A DNA stretch of 64,000 bases from contig CALIBI010000007.1 in the NCBI GenBank assembly GCA_938045815.1, positions 19,864 to 83,863 on the forward strand. The letters are read 5' to 3'. The stretch comes from an uncultured Sulfolobales archaeon (GTDB lineage Archaea; Thermoproteota; Thermoprotei_A; Sulfolobales; NBVN01). Under the pieces are notes generated by a model. The model was not told the DNA's origin. It worked only from the letters and a program-made list of their open reading frames with translations, and searched no databases. Shown here in pieces: positions 26,706 to 39,648 of the stretch. Positions within the stretch are counted from its first letter, which is position 1. Each line of letters starts with the position of its first letter. The position numbers were made by a program, and so were the translations under genes.

Positions 26706-28148
26706 TTGAGCTTTAGTGAGGAACTCTTAACTAGGTTAATTGATGAGGGAAGTTCTGCTGGAGCTTCTTACGTGGAGGTGCGTTATCAGAACGATTACGG
26801 CATCTTAGTTTCTATGAGGAATGGTAAGGTGTTAGGGGTTGGGTCATTCAAAGAAGAGGGTGTTGGAATTAGAGTCTTAGTTAACGGGTCTCTAGGGTTT
26901 GCAGCAACAAACGACTTAAGTAGGGAGGGTCTTAGTAAGGCACTCGAGAATGCTATTAGTAGAGCTAGGTCGGTAGCTCAACTGAGGAAGAACCCTATAC
27001 AATTTACTGAGGAGAAGGTTGGTAGAGCTTCTTACGAGGTCGTACCGAAAATTAAGTTAGAGGACGTGAGTATAGAGGGTTTGATGAGTTTAGGTAAGGA
27101 AGTATTTAGAGTTTTAACAGAGTCTGTTAGTCAGGTCAAGCTTCCGGTCTGCGTATTCAGTGCTGAGACCCACGTTCAAGAAAAACTAATTATTACATCG
27201 GACGGCGCTTACGTCAGGTCTAGAGTTCCTAGGATGTATGTCTCAGCTAATCTAGTACTCTTCCACCCGCAGAAAGGCACCCTACAAAGAATGAAGGAAT
27301 TCGGTAGTTCTGGTGGTGGTGAATTGCTTGATATGTGGAGACCTGTCGATGTTTTAGTAGATGAAGCTAAGAAGCTTGAGGTAGTTTTGGTGAACGGTGT
27401 TGAGCCTCCTAAAGAACCTGTTGACGTAGTTGTAGGGTCTGAGATAGTAGGGTTGTTAGTTCATGAATCGGCCGGACACCCTATGGAGGCTGACAGAATA
27501 TTAGGGCGTGAAGCTGCGCAAGCCGGAGAATCGTATGTTAAGCAGGAAATGATCGGTAGATTTAGGGTAGGTAATGAGTTAGCTACAGTGATTGAGGACC
27601 CCACAATACCTGGTAGTAACGGCTTCTACTTATACGATGATGAGGGAGTGCCTGCAAGACCTAGGTATCTCTATAAGGAAGGAATGATAAACGAGGCTCT
27701 CCATAACAGGCACACAGCAAATATCTTCGGTGTAAAAAGCAACGCTGCAGCCAGAGCAATGAATTACGCGTCGGAACCAATAATACGTATGAGTAACACT
27801 TACCTCAAACCAGGAACGATGAGTTTCGACGAACTTATTGAGGACATTAGTGCTGGAGTCTTCATTAAGTCCTACATGGAGTGGAACATTGACGACATAA
27901 GATGGAATCAAAGATATGTGGGTTTAGAAGCTTACGTAATAAGAGGTGGTGAGTTGGCTGAACCTGTTAGAAATCCAGCACTAGAAATAACTACTCAGGG
28001 GTTCTACAGCAACATAGTAGCTACCGATAAAGAACTAAAGTTCTATCCCGGTACTTGCGGTAAGGGAGAGCCTTCTCAGGGAATTCCTGTATGGTTTGGT
28101 GGTCCGAATGTTAGGATCTCCAAAATTAGGTTGGGGGTGACGGTGTGA
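26706..28148 (+). CDS. tldD: TldD metalloprotease (pair B)
   Basis: 480 aa, TTG start with GAGGTG 8 nt upstream. HESAGHPMEAD (HExxxH). Confidence 0.85.
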   Translation: MSFSEELLTRLIDEGSSAGASYVEVRYQNDYGILVSMRNGKVLGVGSFKEEGVGIRVLVNGSLGFAATNDLSREGLSKALENAISRARSVAQLRKNPIQFTEEKVGRASYEVVPKIKLEDVSIEGLMSLGKEVFRVLTESVSQVKLPVCVFSAETHVQEKLIITSDGAYVRSRVPRMYVSANLVLFHPQKGTLQRMKEFGSSGGGELLDMWRPVDVLVDEAKKLEVVLVNGVEPPKEPVDVVVGSEIVGLLVHESAGHPMEADRILGREAAQAGESYVKQEMIGRFRVGNELATVIEDPTIPGSNGFYLYDDEGVPARPRYLYKEGMINEALHNRHTANIFGVKSNAAARAMNYASEPIIRMSNTYLKPGTMSFDELIEDISAGVFIKSYMEWNIDDIRWNQRYVGLEAYVIRGGELAEPVRNPALEITTQGFYSNIVATDKELKFYPGTCGKGEPSQGIPVWFGGPNVRISKIRLGVTV

Positions 28149-29479
28149 TGACTGAGATTATTGAGTTAGGGAGGAAAGTAGTTGATAGGCTGAGGAAGAG
28201 CTACGATGATGTTGCTGTAGCTATGAGGGTTCGTGACAGAGTTATGGTTAAGCTCTGGAATACTGAGCCATCAGTAACTCAGAGCTGGTTGACTACGAGC
28301 GTGGCTTTACTGCTAACTAAAGCAAGGAAGGTTTTAACACTAGAATTTTCTGTTGGTAGGCCTGAGGAAGTTCTTGAAGCCATCGAGAAGATATCGAGTG
28401 TTGTTGAGAGGGTTGAGGAGTCAGAGCTTTACGCTCCCTTACCGGAGCCGCAGGAAGTGAAGCTGGTTGAGGGTTCTTTCGACACGAAAGTAATCAACGC
28501 GATGAAGGACCCGAGCGTATTGACTAAATTAATGGTTGACGCAGCTCTATCTGAAGGAGCTGAGAGAGTTGCGGGTACACTAACTTTAAGCAGTGATGAG
28601 AGAGTCTTAATCACTAGTAAGGGGTTTGAGGGTAGTGAGAAGAAAACACTGGTTGAAGCATACTTGAGAGCGTTTAAGAATGAGTTTAGCGGTCACTGGG
28701 CTTACGGATCAACGCACGTGAGGGATGAAGAGATTAAGGAGGTTGGTAAGAAGGCTGGTATGTATGCTTCAATAACTAGTAATAAGGTAGACCTACAACC
28801 AGGCAAATACGATGTAGTCCTCTCACCACTCGTGGTAGGTAATCTGATGAATTACGTGTCTTTCATGTCTTCAGCACTAGCAGTATTAGTAGGTTACTCG
28901 ATGTTTATGAAGTTCAAACCTGGAGATAGGGTGGCTTCAGAGAAACTCACGTTAATAGACGCGCCAAGAGATCCTACACTACCTAACGTAGCGTCTTTCG
29001 ATGATGAGGGAGTACCTACATACAATAAACCTATAATAGAGAAAGGAGTGTTCCGTAACCTACTCCACAATTCTGGTACAGCAACCAAACTCGGGGTTAA
29101 ATCAACAGGTAATGCTGGTTGGATAATGCCTAGTCCTTGGAACCTCCATATGGAGCCTGGAGACCTAAGAGAAGAAGAATTGATTAGTGAGTTAAGAAAT
29201 GGGGTAGTAATAACGAACAATTGGTATACTAGGTTGCAGAATTACGTTGAGGGGGTCTTCTCTACGGTCGCACGCGATGCTACACTACTAGTTAAAGAAG
29301 GTGAGATAGTAGGTAATGTTGGTAGGGTAAGAATAGCAACGAGTTTTCCGGAACTACTCAATAGTATTGAGGGGTTAACTAGACAAACATACGATATCAC
29401 GTGGTGGGAGGTCCAAACACCTATTAGAGCGCCCTACGTGCTGGCGAGGAATATCAACTTAACTAAACCTTACATATAA
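28145..29479 (+). CDS. pmbA: PmbA/TldE metalloprotease partner (pair B)
   Basis: 444 aa. GTGATG start overlaps the tldD stop. FDDEG block. Confidence 0.8.
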   Translation: MMTEIIELGRKVVDRLRKSYDDVAVAMRVRDRVMVKLWNTEPSVTQSWLTTSVALLLTKARKVLTLEFSVGRPEEVLEAIEKISSVVERVEESELYAPLPEPQEVKLVEGSFDTKVINAMKDPSVLTKLMVDAALSEGAERVAGTLTLSSDERVLITSKGFEGSEKKTLVEAYLRAFKNEFSGHWAYGSTHVRDEEIKEVGKKAGMYASITSNKVDLQPGKYDVVLSPLVVGNLMNYVSFMSSALAVLVGYSMFMKFKPGDRVASEKLTLIDAPRDPTLPNVASFDDEGVPTYNKPIIEKGVFRNLLHNSGTATKLGVKSTGNAGWIMPSPWNLHMEPGDLREEELISELRNGVVITNNWYTRLQNYVEGVFSTVARDATLLVKEGEIVGNVGRVRIATSFPELLNSIEGLTRQTYDITWWEVQTPIRAPYVLARNINLTKPYI

Positions 29480-29485
29480 TTTTTC

Positions 29486-30559
29486 TTAGAACTCGGTTGC
29501 TCCATACTCGCCCGAGAATTCATCACCTACTTCTTCAGTTTTCCAAGCTTCAGGGCATCCTTTACCGTACCTTATCACAGGACCCGCAAGTCTCGTCAGT
29601 AACGCGACTCTTGACGGCACGGAATATGACGCTACCTTATAGCTTGTCTCAGCAGCTAGCTTCTCCGCGAAGTCCAAGACTTCACTCATCGAGGGCATGT
29701 TATCCCTGCTTAATCTCCCGGTAGAGCCGCCCACATGCATGTAGGCTTTCGGTTCTATGTAGGTTGGTGAAGCTTTATCTATTAGTTTAGCGAAACCTCT
29801 GATATCCTTATCATTCATGTTAAACCCTCTGATTAACGTTATTCTTAAGACTGTAGGCGATGAGAAAGACGGCAACATCTCCAGAGTCTCCAGAGTCTTT
29901 TCCCAGCCCCTACTTACTAGAGGTCTGTCGAAGAAATTATACATTTCTTCACTCCAAGCTTCTAAAGACACGTATAGTTGAGTAGGTTCTTCCTCAAGTG
30001 ATGCTAGAACTTCAGGTCTTATTCCTCTAGTCACTAAGAACGTGGTTAGTCCCCTACCATGAAACACTTTGATTAACTCACCTAATCTAGGATACAGCGT
30101 TGGCTCACCAGTAAGCGAGATAGCTACGTGTACTGGGTTCATCGCTTCTTCCCACATCAATCTAGGAGCTACGTTTCTGTAACCACTGACTGTTCTTCGA
30201 TGTTCTTCTATAGCTAAATCAGCTATTACTTCAGGATCGTCCACACTAGGTAACCTCATCAAGTCTTCATCTCTTAACCCAAGATCTTGCGGCCTCATTC
30301 TCCAGCAGTGGAGGCACGCGTTCCAGCACCAGAGAGTAGCTGGAGTAAACTGTATACACCTATGTGATTCAATCCCGTAAAACTTACACTTATAACAAAA
30401 CCTGCCCTGAGTTAAGGCGTTATGAACCCACAAACACTTCTTAACAGCTGAGTGAGAACCTACTAGGTGGTATTTCTGTTTTTTCAATCTACTCATAACT
30501 AGGGTGAGAGGCTCTACTTTCTCAGCATCGATAGGCAGTCTTACGGTCCTCCTTATCAC
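29486..30559 (-). CDS. taw1: tRNA 4-demethylwyosine synthase Taw1 (TYW1 homologue), radical SAM
   Basis: 357 aa. CYKCKFYGIESHRCIQFTP...CWNACLHCWR closely parallels M. jannaschii Taw1. ISLTGEPTLYP. Confidence 0.85.
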   Translation of the reverse strand: MIRRTVRLPIDAEKVEPLTLVMSRLKKQKYHLVGSHSAVKKCLWVHNALTQGRFCYKCKFYGIESHRCIQFTPATLWCWNACLHCWRMRPQDLGLRDEDLMRLPSVDDPEVIADLAIEEHRRTVSGYRNVAPRLMWEEAMNPVHVAISLTGEPTLYPRLGELIKVFHGRGLTTFLVTRGIRPEVLASLEEEPTQLYVSLEAWSEEMYNFFDRPLVSRGWEKTLETLEMLPSFSSPTVLRITLIRGFNMNDKDIRGFAKLIDKASPTYIEPKAYMHVGGSTGRLSRDNMPSMSEVLDFAEKLAAETSYKVASYSVPSRVALLTRLAGPVIRYGKGCPEAWKTEEVGDEFSGEYGATEF

Positions 30560-30601
30560 TACTCACCAAAAACTTCGTGACTAAGTAACTAATATTTTGT
30601 T

Positions 30602-32789
<2,188 letters not shown>

Positions 32790-32934
32790 ACTAATCCCTC
32801 AAATACTTTAATCACACACAATAATAAATGTTCCGCATCACCACGTATAATAGCTCCCGTAAATTAACATGATTAAATTAATTAGTATGTACGAGAATAC
32901 GCCAGCTTTCTTAACAAAACTCAGTAAAATATTC

Positions 32935-34359
32935 CTAGAAGCTCTGCAGGATGGATCTACCAGCAATGACTCCTGTAGCCGCAGCTATGTTCAGGCCTCT
33001 TGAGAGTCCTGCTCCATCACCAGCTACGAAAACACCTTCAACGTTAGTCTGCAGGTTCTTGTCGGTCTTAACTCTTAAACTGTAGTACTTAATTTCAGGC
33101 GCGTATAGTATTGTTTGCGGTGAGTAAAGTCCTGGGTAGATGATGTTAAGTCTTTTAATAGCTTCAAGTAAGTTAATCACGACTCTATATGGGAGAACAA
33201 CCCCTATGTCTCCAGGCACTACATTCCTTAAGGTAGGTGTTACGATACTCTTCTCTATCCTTTCCCAAGTACTCCTCCTACCTTTTTCTAAGTCACCTAA
33301 CCTCTGAATTATTGGCTTACCTACACCTACTCGAGTAGCTATCCTAGCTATAGACTTACCTAACTCCGTAGCGTCAGAGTACGGATCAGTAAGTTTTAGC
33401 GTGACTAGTAAGGCGAAGTTAGTATTCCTGGATTTTAGGTTCCTATAACTAACTCCGTTAACCCCGATAGTACCGTCTTCATATCTTTCCTGCACTACGA
33501 ACCCTTGCGGGTTAGTGCAGAAAGTTCTGACTTTATCGTCGTAAAACTTCGTGTAGAGTACTATCTTGGGGTCTGGATTTATGGTTGTGACGTCTTCAGT
33601 CACGTATGACGGAACCTCCACTCTAACACCAACGTCCAGAGGTCCTGGTTCATACTCTATGTTCAGGCTCTTAAGTATTCCCTGAAACCATGTGGTTCCT
33701 CCCCTACCTGGTGCTAAGAGAATCCTGCTTGCCGTGAACTCTCCCTGACTAGTACTTAACTTGAAGCCACCATCACACCTCACTATATTAATAACGCTTG
33801 TTTCCGTGAGTATTCGTACACCCTTCTTTTCTAGGTAGGTACTTAAGTTGTCGATAACCTTAACCATGACGTCGGTTCCTACGATCCTCTGAGGTGTTGG
33901 TATGTACTTGGCGCCAGCCTTAGCAGCGAGCCTCTCAAGAAAAGTTATTTTTTCTTTGTCCGGCACGTAGAGAGTGTCTTCCGGTATGCCGAAAGACACG
34001 AATACTCTGTCAACGTACTTCACTAATTCTTCAGCATAATTCCAGTCATTAACTAGTTTGTCTAAATCTCCCCCCACGTCAGGTCTTAAGTTAAGTGTTC
34101 CACTACTTAACGCGCCAGCACCCCCTATTCCGTAGGTCACGTTGCATACTTTGCAGTTAAGACATTCTGCTTTATTGTTTGATATGTGTGAGTTCCAGTT
34201 GTTTGTTTTAATAGCTAGTGGGCATATTCTATCAGTCACCTTCTTCCCTTTATCGAAGATCACTACCCTCGAATTACTTCCTTCACTACTCACTATTTCT
34301 AGAGCAGCCATAAGTCCCGCAGGTCCTCCACCAACTATCGCTACATCGAAGTTTCTCAT
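32935..34359 (-). CDS. FAD-dependent oxidoreductase of unknown role (COG2509-like)
   Basis: 474 aa. N-terminal GGGPAG dinucleotide fold, CLNCKVC cysteine motif, C-terminal GDGAG. Confidence 0.6.
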   Translation of the reverse strand: MRNFDVAIVGGGPAGLMAALEIVSSEGSNSRVVIFDKGKKVTDRICPLAIKTNNWNSHISNNKAECLNCKVCNVTYGIGGAGALSSGTLNLRPDVGGDLDKLVNDWNYAEELVKYVDRVFVSFGIPEDTLYVPDKEKITFLERLAAKAGAKYIPTPQRIVGTDVMVKVIDNLSTYLEKKGVRILTETSVINIVRCDGGFKLSTSQGEFTASRILLAPGRGGTTWFQGILKSLNIEYEPGPLDVGVRVEVPSYVTEDVTTINPDPKIVLYTKFYDDKVRTFCTNPQGFVVQERYEDGTIGVNGVSYRNLKSRNTNFALLVTLKLTDPYSDATELGKSIARIATRVGVGKPIIQRLGDLEKGRRSTWERIEKSIVTPTLRNVVPGDIGVVLPYRVVINLLEAIKRLNIIYPGLYSPQTILYAPEIKYYSLRVKTDKNLQTNVEGVFVAGDGAGLSRGLNIAAATGVIAGRSILQSF

Positions 34360-35372
34360 GTCATAACACCTAAATCTTTCCTCCTATCTATCATGTGAGT
34401 GACGTCGTCTCCCGTACCTATGAGTGTTACCGGCGTCCTCAGCACATCCTCTAAATCCTCTACCCACCTCTTAGCTTCTGGAGGCAACTTACCCCATTCC
34501 TTGACTCTAGCTGATGTCGGAAAGATTTTATCGAGGCATGTGAGCGCTACTTGAGTAGCTGAATTAAGCATTACAGCTCTCTTAGCTAGATTGTAGTCGA
34601 AGGGAGCAGCTCTCCTTATCCTCCCAGTAACGGAAGCTTTCTCTATCCAACCTCTATTAATAACTTCATCAATAGGTAACTCACCAGGTAGGGGGCCGCC
34701 CCCAACTCTAGTAACGTAAGCCTTGAAAACTATAATTACTTCATCTACGTACTTAGGTCCTAAACCAACCTCTGATAAAATGCCTGAGGCAGTAGTGTCT
34801 TTGCTGGTTACGTATGGGTACGTGCCGTGATATAGTGATAAGTAAGTACCTTGAGTCCCCTCAATCAGTATATTACCTCCTGAACTAGTGATTCTCCACA
34901 CCTCATCAACCAAGTCTACTAGGTATGTCCTTAATTCAGGGAAATCTTGAGCAAGTTTTAGCCTACGCATCACTCTATCAACCATAGCTGCCCCAACACC
35001 CTGAAGAGTAGAGCCTATAGAATTCCTAAGATACTCATCCCTCGCTTCAATCTCCACATGCTTATCTTCTATGATTCCAGCATTCTTGTCAACGAAAACC
35101 CTCCCAGCAACACCTAAAGTAGAAATCTCCCTGAAGAACACGTCAAGCCTGACTAAAGACCCTGCAGCTATATAAAGCCTACAACTACCGTTAACAAAAG
35201 CTGAAGGAATTATCCTTAACTTAAACTCCCTACCACCCCAAAATACCGTGTGACCCGCATTAACAGAACCTACTCTCACAGCCGCGCTCACTTCATCGTT
35301 AAGAGCTAGGTAAGCAACTACCTTGCCCTTACCTTCATCACCGAAGAACCCTCCAACAACCACACTTAACAT
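34356..35372 (-). CDS. purA: Adenylosuccinate synthetase (short archaeal form)
   Basis: 338 aa. GFFGDEGKGK P-loop. Its stop overlaps the start of the downstream FAD protein by 4 nt. Confidence 0.85.
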   Translation of the reverse strand: MLSVVVGGFFGDEGKGKVVAYLALNDEVSAAVRVGSVNAGHTVFWGGREFKLRIIPSAFVNGSCRLYIAAGSLVRLDVFFREISTLGVAGRVFVDKNAGIIEDKHVEIEARDEYLRNSIGSTLQGVGAAMVDRVMRRLKLAQDFPELRTYLVDLVDEVWRITSSGGNILIEGTQGTYLSLYHGTYPYVTSKDTTASGILSEVGLGPKYVDEVIIVFKAYVTRVGGGPLPGELPIDEVINRGWIEKASVTGRIRRAAPFDYNLAKRAVMLNSATQVALTCLDKIFPTSARVKEWGKLPPEAKRWVEDLEDVLRTPVTLIGTGDDVTHMIDRRKDLGVMT

Positions 35373-35542
35373 ATTATCCCTATACTAATTTATATCAAAC
35401 AATATAAATATTATCACTAATCACACTGAAGCAACTTAAAAGATTTTTAATAAATAATATAAAAACGAGACTGTCGTAAAGAAAAGAATTCTCACTGCTA
35501 AGTTAAAAACCCATACCATACTAAAGTCTAGGATAGACAATA

Positions 35543-37279
35543 ATGAGTGTCGAGCGAATAACCAGAAGATACTACAAGCGTTTGAGTCTACTGCCTCGGA
35601 GGAGATTTCTAGTAGTCATATATGTATTCCTGGTTTCTCTAATCGGTATCATTAATTCGGAAAGCCTCACCGTAAGAGACATACTTGCTTCTATAGGTAC
35701 TTATTTTCTTTTAGGGGTTGTACTGACTCTTATGTACCTACCTCTAATGCTCACCAAATTATTCAATACTAAGAGGGTTCTCGGACTTTCTCTAGTCACC
35801 TTCGCTGTGTCTTTCATCGCAGAACTAATTTTCTATAGGCTTACCGGGCTGAGAGGGTTAGGTCTGGTAGTCACTTCAGGTTTCGTACTCGTAGTTTTAT
35901 CTGCTTTCACTACGGTACTTCTGGCTCTGGCAATCTCTCTCACAATACCGATCCTGACACTTGTTTTGTTTAATACTGTTCTACTCGGACACACGCTAAG
36001 TCACGCTCAATTAATTAGTGCTTTAGCAATCTCACTGATTTCTGTAGTTTTAGGGTTTCTGCTTATTCGTTACGTTGACAGTATGGGTAGGCAGCTAAGC
36101 GGTGTCTCACCTATAGTAGCCTTGAGAGCATTCCTTAACACGTGGTTTACTGGCGAATCTGAAAGTCTTGAAACACTCTTTACTCACATAGGGTCTCAAG
36201 AAAGTATAGAAGTCAAGACCATAATCATTAAACGTGAGTCAAGACCCGGTATAATATTGGTGTTCCCGCGAATTCATTTCGGACCATTCAACAACATAGG
36301 TTCTTCTAGCTTCATACACTACGTTGATAACTTCTCAAAACCTGAGTTCAGAACATTCACTTTCCATACGGCAGGATCACACGAACACAATCTAGTCAGC
36401 AGTAAAGACGCTGAGAGAATCGCTTACGAGATACTTACTAAGGTAAGAAGTTCTTTAGATTCTTCATTTGAGGAACGCTTGTGCGAGCCCTACAGGATTA
36501 GGTTAAGTAATGGTTGGGAAGCTCTCACTCTACAGGGTAAGGACTTCATAGCTCCACTCATACTAAACAAGCAGCTAGGTAACGACGACATACCGTACGA
36601 CGCGTGGGACTACTTAAGCAAGCACCCTAAAACCCCACCAAACACTATGATAGTTGACGCGCACTCCTGCAAAGGAGACAAAATCAGGGAACTCAATAGA
36701 CTTAAAGACTTGCTAGATAAGGTGGCTGAAGCTTACGAGTGCCTAGAACCTAGCGAGTTTTTAGTAGGTTATGGAGAAGATAGGGTTCCTAATGCTTGCG
36801 TAGAATTATGCGATACAACGATAAAAACGTTGATTATACGAGTAAGGAATAAGAAATATGGAATTATTTATCTCTACGGAAACAACGTTGATAAGGAGTT
36901 TCGAGCTAAGCTAGACAACATAATTAAAGAAAAAGCAGGTCTAACAGATTTTGAGATAGTAACACCGGATGATCATTCGTGTGCTGCCTCATTAAAAGAA
37001 TCTCCTTACGAGGTAGTTAAGGAGTGCAACGGGCTTACTGAAGCAATACTTCACTCACTTAATGAGGCTTTAAGGGATGAAGCACCTGCTTCCTACAAGG
37101 TAGTAAATCTCAAACTAGATAATGTGAGAGTAGTGGGAGATAAGGTTTTCACTTTAATCGAGAGTCTCCACGTGCTTGCTAAAAAAACAGAAGTAGGTCT
37201 GCTTCTAATCTTTACAGTTATCAACACTTTGCTGCCTTTAATATACGTAATCTTATCATCATATTCTGTTCTATTTTAA
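35543..37279 (+). CDS. Large polytopic membrane protein, DUF2070-like
   Basis: 578 aa. N-terminal half about 6-7 TM, soluble middle, C-terminal TM. Family name from memory. Confidence 0.45.
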   Translation: MSVERITRRYYKRLSLLPRRRFLVVIYVFLVSLIGIINSESLTVRDILASIGTYFLLGVVLTLMYLPLMLTKLFNTKRVLGLSLVTFAVSFIAELIFYRLTGLRGLGLVVTSGFVLVVLSAFTTVLLALAISLTIPILTLVLFNTVLLGHTLSHAQLISALAISLISVVLGFLLIRYVDSMGRQLSGVSPIVALRAFLNTWFTGESESLETLFTHIGSQESIEVKTIIIKRESRPGIILVFPRIHFGPFNNIGSSSFIHYVDNFSKPEFRTFTFHTAGSHEHNLVSSKDAERIAYEILTKVRSSLDSSFEERLCEPYRIRLSNGWEALTLQGKDFIAPLILNKQLGNDDIPYDAWDYLSKHPKTPPNTMIVDAHSCKGDKIRELNRLKDLLDKVAEAYECLEPSEFLVGYGEDRVPNACVELCDTTIKTLIIRVRNKKYGIIYLYGNNVDKEFRAKLDNIIKEKAGLTDFEIVTPDDHSCAASLKESPYEVVKECNGLTEAILHSLNEALRDEAPASYKVVNLKLDNVRVVGDKVFTLIESLHVLAKKTEVGLLLIFTVINTLLPLIYVILSSYSVLF

Positions 37280-37296
37280 GAGAATCGTGACGTACT

Positions 37297-38049
37297 TTAA
37301 TCAGTTTCTAAAGTAATGATTTCTCTCCTTCTAACCATTTTATCCGGATATATTACTATTCCTCTGTCCGATATCTCGAAAGGATGTCTTCTCATATCAT
37401 GCTTAGTTCCTCGCATCTTCCATATCAGTATTGACCTGGTTAAAACACCATCTAACTCATCAAGATCTAGTCTTATTATTCCGTCAACCGCGTGCTCAAC
37501 TCCCGGACCTCCGAACCCTCTATCCGTGACACTCACCTGAGATACTAGGAAAGTTGTTACGCCAAGTCCTGACAGAACTCTCTTCAGCTGGATTAACACG
37601 CTCCTAGCTATAGAAGGCTTAGTTAGGTATAGCGTTGAGACAGAATCTACTGCTGCTCTCTGAGCTTTCGTATCCTTCAAAGCCTGCCTAACTACGTCCA
37701 GAAACTCACCCAGATCATCAACACTCTTAACCACGTATTTCTCTCTCTTAGCAGCCTCACCTATCCCGCCAGTAAAAGCGTCTACTATAGCGAAAAGCCC
37801 TTCATCCTCATACTTCCTCACGTCCCAGCCAAACTCACTCATTTCTCTCCTGACCTGAACAGGATGTTCCTCCAAGGTCACTAGAACTCCGGGCTCGCCG
37901 TAAGTTAGTCCGGAATAAAGGAATTGATGACTCATGATGGTCTTCCCAGTTCCTGGACCTCCCGAAATCAAAACTATGTTTCTTTTCGGGATCCCCCCAA
38001 AGAGCAACTCATCTAGACCTGGAATACCACTCTTTATCTTCTCAACCAT
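37297..38049 (-). CDS. KaiC/RecA-superfamily single-domain ATPase
   Basis: 250 aa. [14 protein letters not shown], Walker A GGPGTGKT. Confidence 0.75.
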   Translation of the reverse strand: MVEKIKSGIPGLDELLFGGIPKRNIVLISGGPGTGKTIMSHQFLYSGLTYGEPGVLVTLEEHPVQVRREMSEFGWDVRKYEDEGLFAIVDAFTGGIGEAAKREKYVVKSVDDLGEFLDVVRQALKDTKAQRAAVDSVSTLYLTKPSIARSVLIQLKRVLSGLGVTTFLVSQVSVTDRGFGGPGVEHAVDGIIRLDLDELDGVLTRSILIWKMRGTKHDMRRHPFEISDRGIVIYPDKMVRRREIITLETD

Positions 38050-38132
38050 ATTTATTCCCTGATATAAGTGGTGCTGAATATTTATTTGTTACTTAGAAAC
38101 TGCTGTGTGAGTGGTGGGAAATCAGGATAATT

Positions 38133-39512
38133 TTACTTTATTACCGGCTTCGCCCATTTCCCGAACTTTATCCATGCAACACTTCCCAGCCCGCCTACCG
38201 CGTTGCTTAAGGCCATGGCTAGCCACACCCCGTAAGACTGTAGACCGATCATGTAAGCGAGAAAGTAACCCAAACCTATTCTAAACCCCCACAACCTGAT
38301 TGCGCCCAGGATTGTAGGTATAGTTGTGTGGCCTGACCCTCTCCCTACAGACATACCTACGAAGAACATCGTAAAGAACGGTAAGCTAAAAACGAAAGTC
38401 TCAAGAAATACTAAAGCTTCATTAAAGATCGCTGCATCAGACGTGAATAGGGAGATTAGCTGAGTTCTCACCAGGAAAACTAATAATGCGCCGAGAGCTG
38501 TAAGTGAAGCTATCGTCAGTAGTGATTTGTAAGCTACCTCACGAGACCTCCTAATATTGCCAGCACCTAGGTTCTGCCCAACCATTATAGCTACCGGCAT
38601 GGTCAGTCCCCATATGATAGCGTCAGCAAGATCCATTACTATAAACCCTATAGCGAAAGCAGCTGCTACTATCACGCCAAACGAGTTTATGAGAGCATTC
38701 TGTAGCATGAAAGCCAAGCTATTAGAAGAGTAAAACACAAACACAGGACCCCCTATACGAATATTTCTTAACACCCACAATTTATTAATATTCTTTGTAG
38801 GAAGTATTCTCAACTCAGGAAACTTACGCTTAGTTAAGTAAATTAGCGCAACCACACCACTAAGTCTTGATATCACTGTAGCGAGAGCAGCGCCAGCCGC
38901 TCCCATCCTAGGGAAGGGAGGTATACCGAGTATTAGGAAGGGGTCCCAAATAATATTTAGAAGAGCTGAGAAACCTTCTACTACTGCTGGGGTTCTAGTA
39001 TCTCCCACAGACTGAAGTATTGTTGAGTAAGTTATTGTGAGACCTGAAAGCATCAAATCAACTGATATTATACCTGAGTAACTCATCACATCATCAAATA
39101 TTTCTGGTGGGGTCCTAATAACGTAGTAAAACAGTAGATGCCTCAGCGAGAAGTATGTTAAGCCGAAAGCAAAACTAGTTGTTAAAGCTACGGTAAAAAA
39201 CTTAGAGGCGACATTGCTAGCTTCCTCATACCTTCTAGCACCCACGTACTGAGAGAGGAGTGCCATGTTGGCGGTTGAGATAGCCATGTTGAAAGCGTTA
39301 AAAAGCATGTAGGGGGGCCATGCCTGCCTAGGCACTGCCATAGCAACATCACTATACCTGCTTAACCAGAACGCGTCAGCTACGTTGTAAGACACATTCA
39401 CTAACTGAACTAGCATGAGAGGGAATCCTAACCACAGTAAAGTCTTAATTATGGGTCCCTTAACTATCTCGTTCCTATACCTGTCTACGGCCGTCACCGT
39501 AGAGCGAACCAA
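38133..39512 (-). CDS. MATE-family multidrug/toxin efflux transporter
   Basis: 459 aa, 12 TM, two-fold repeat. N-terminal GPIIKTLLWLGFPLML. Confidence 0.8.
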   Translation of the reverse strand: MVRSTVTAVDRYRNEIVKGPIIKTLLWLGFPLMLVQLVNVSYNVADAFWLSRYSDVAMAVPRQAWPPYMLFNAFNMAISTANMALLSQYVGARRYEEASNVASKFFTVALTTSFAFGLTYFSLRHLLFYYVIRTPPEIFDDVMSYSGIISVDLMLSGLTITYSTILQSVGDTRTPAVVEGFSALLNIIWDPFLILGIPPFPRMGAAGAALATVISRLSGVVALIYLTKRKFPELRILPTKNINKLWVLRNIRIGGPVFVFYSSNSLAFMLQNALINSFGVIVAAAFAIGFIVMDLADAIIWGLTMPVAIMVGQNLGAGNIRRSREVAYKSLLTIASLTALGALLVFLVRTQLISLFTSDAAIFNEALVFLETFVFSLPFFTMFFVGMSVGRGSGHTTIPTILGAIRLWGFRIGLGYFLAYMIGLQSYGVWLAMALSNAVGGLGSVAWIKFGKWAKPVIK

Positions 39513-39539
39513 TCACGACACCCGTTATTCGCGATACTA

Positions 39540-39576
39540 CTATATTCTTTAGAAATATAGTTATAAGCTTATAAGC
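39540..39576. promoter_or_regulatory. Candidate PadR operator / divergent promoter elements
   Basis: CTATATT-n7-AATATAG inverted repeat followed by the tandem TTATAAGC-TTATAAGC (contains the palindrome TATAAGCTTATA), between the MATE and PadR genes. Confidence 0.3.
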
Positions 39577-39648
39577 AAGAACTGTTGAGGATATCTTACC
39601 ACATAAATACTTAAGCTTCAGAATTATTTAATGTAGAGAGGTGCTAGT

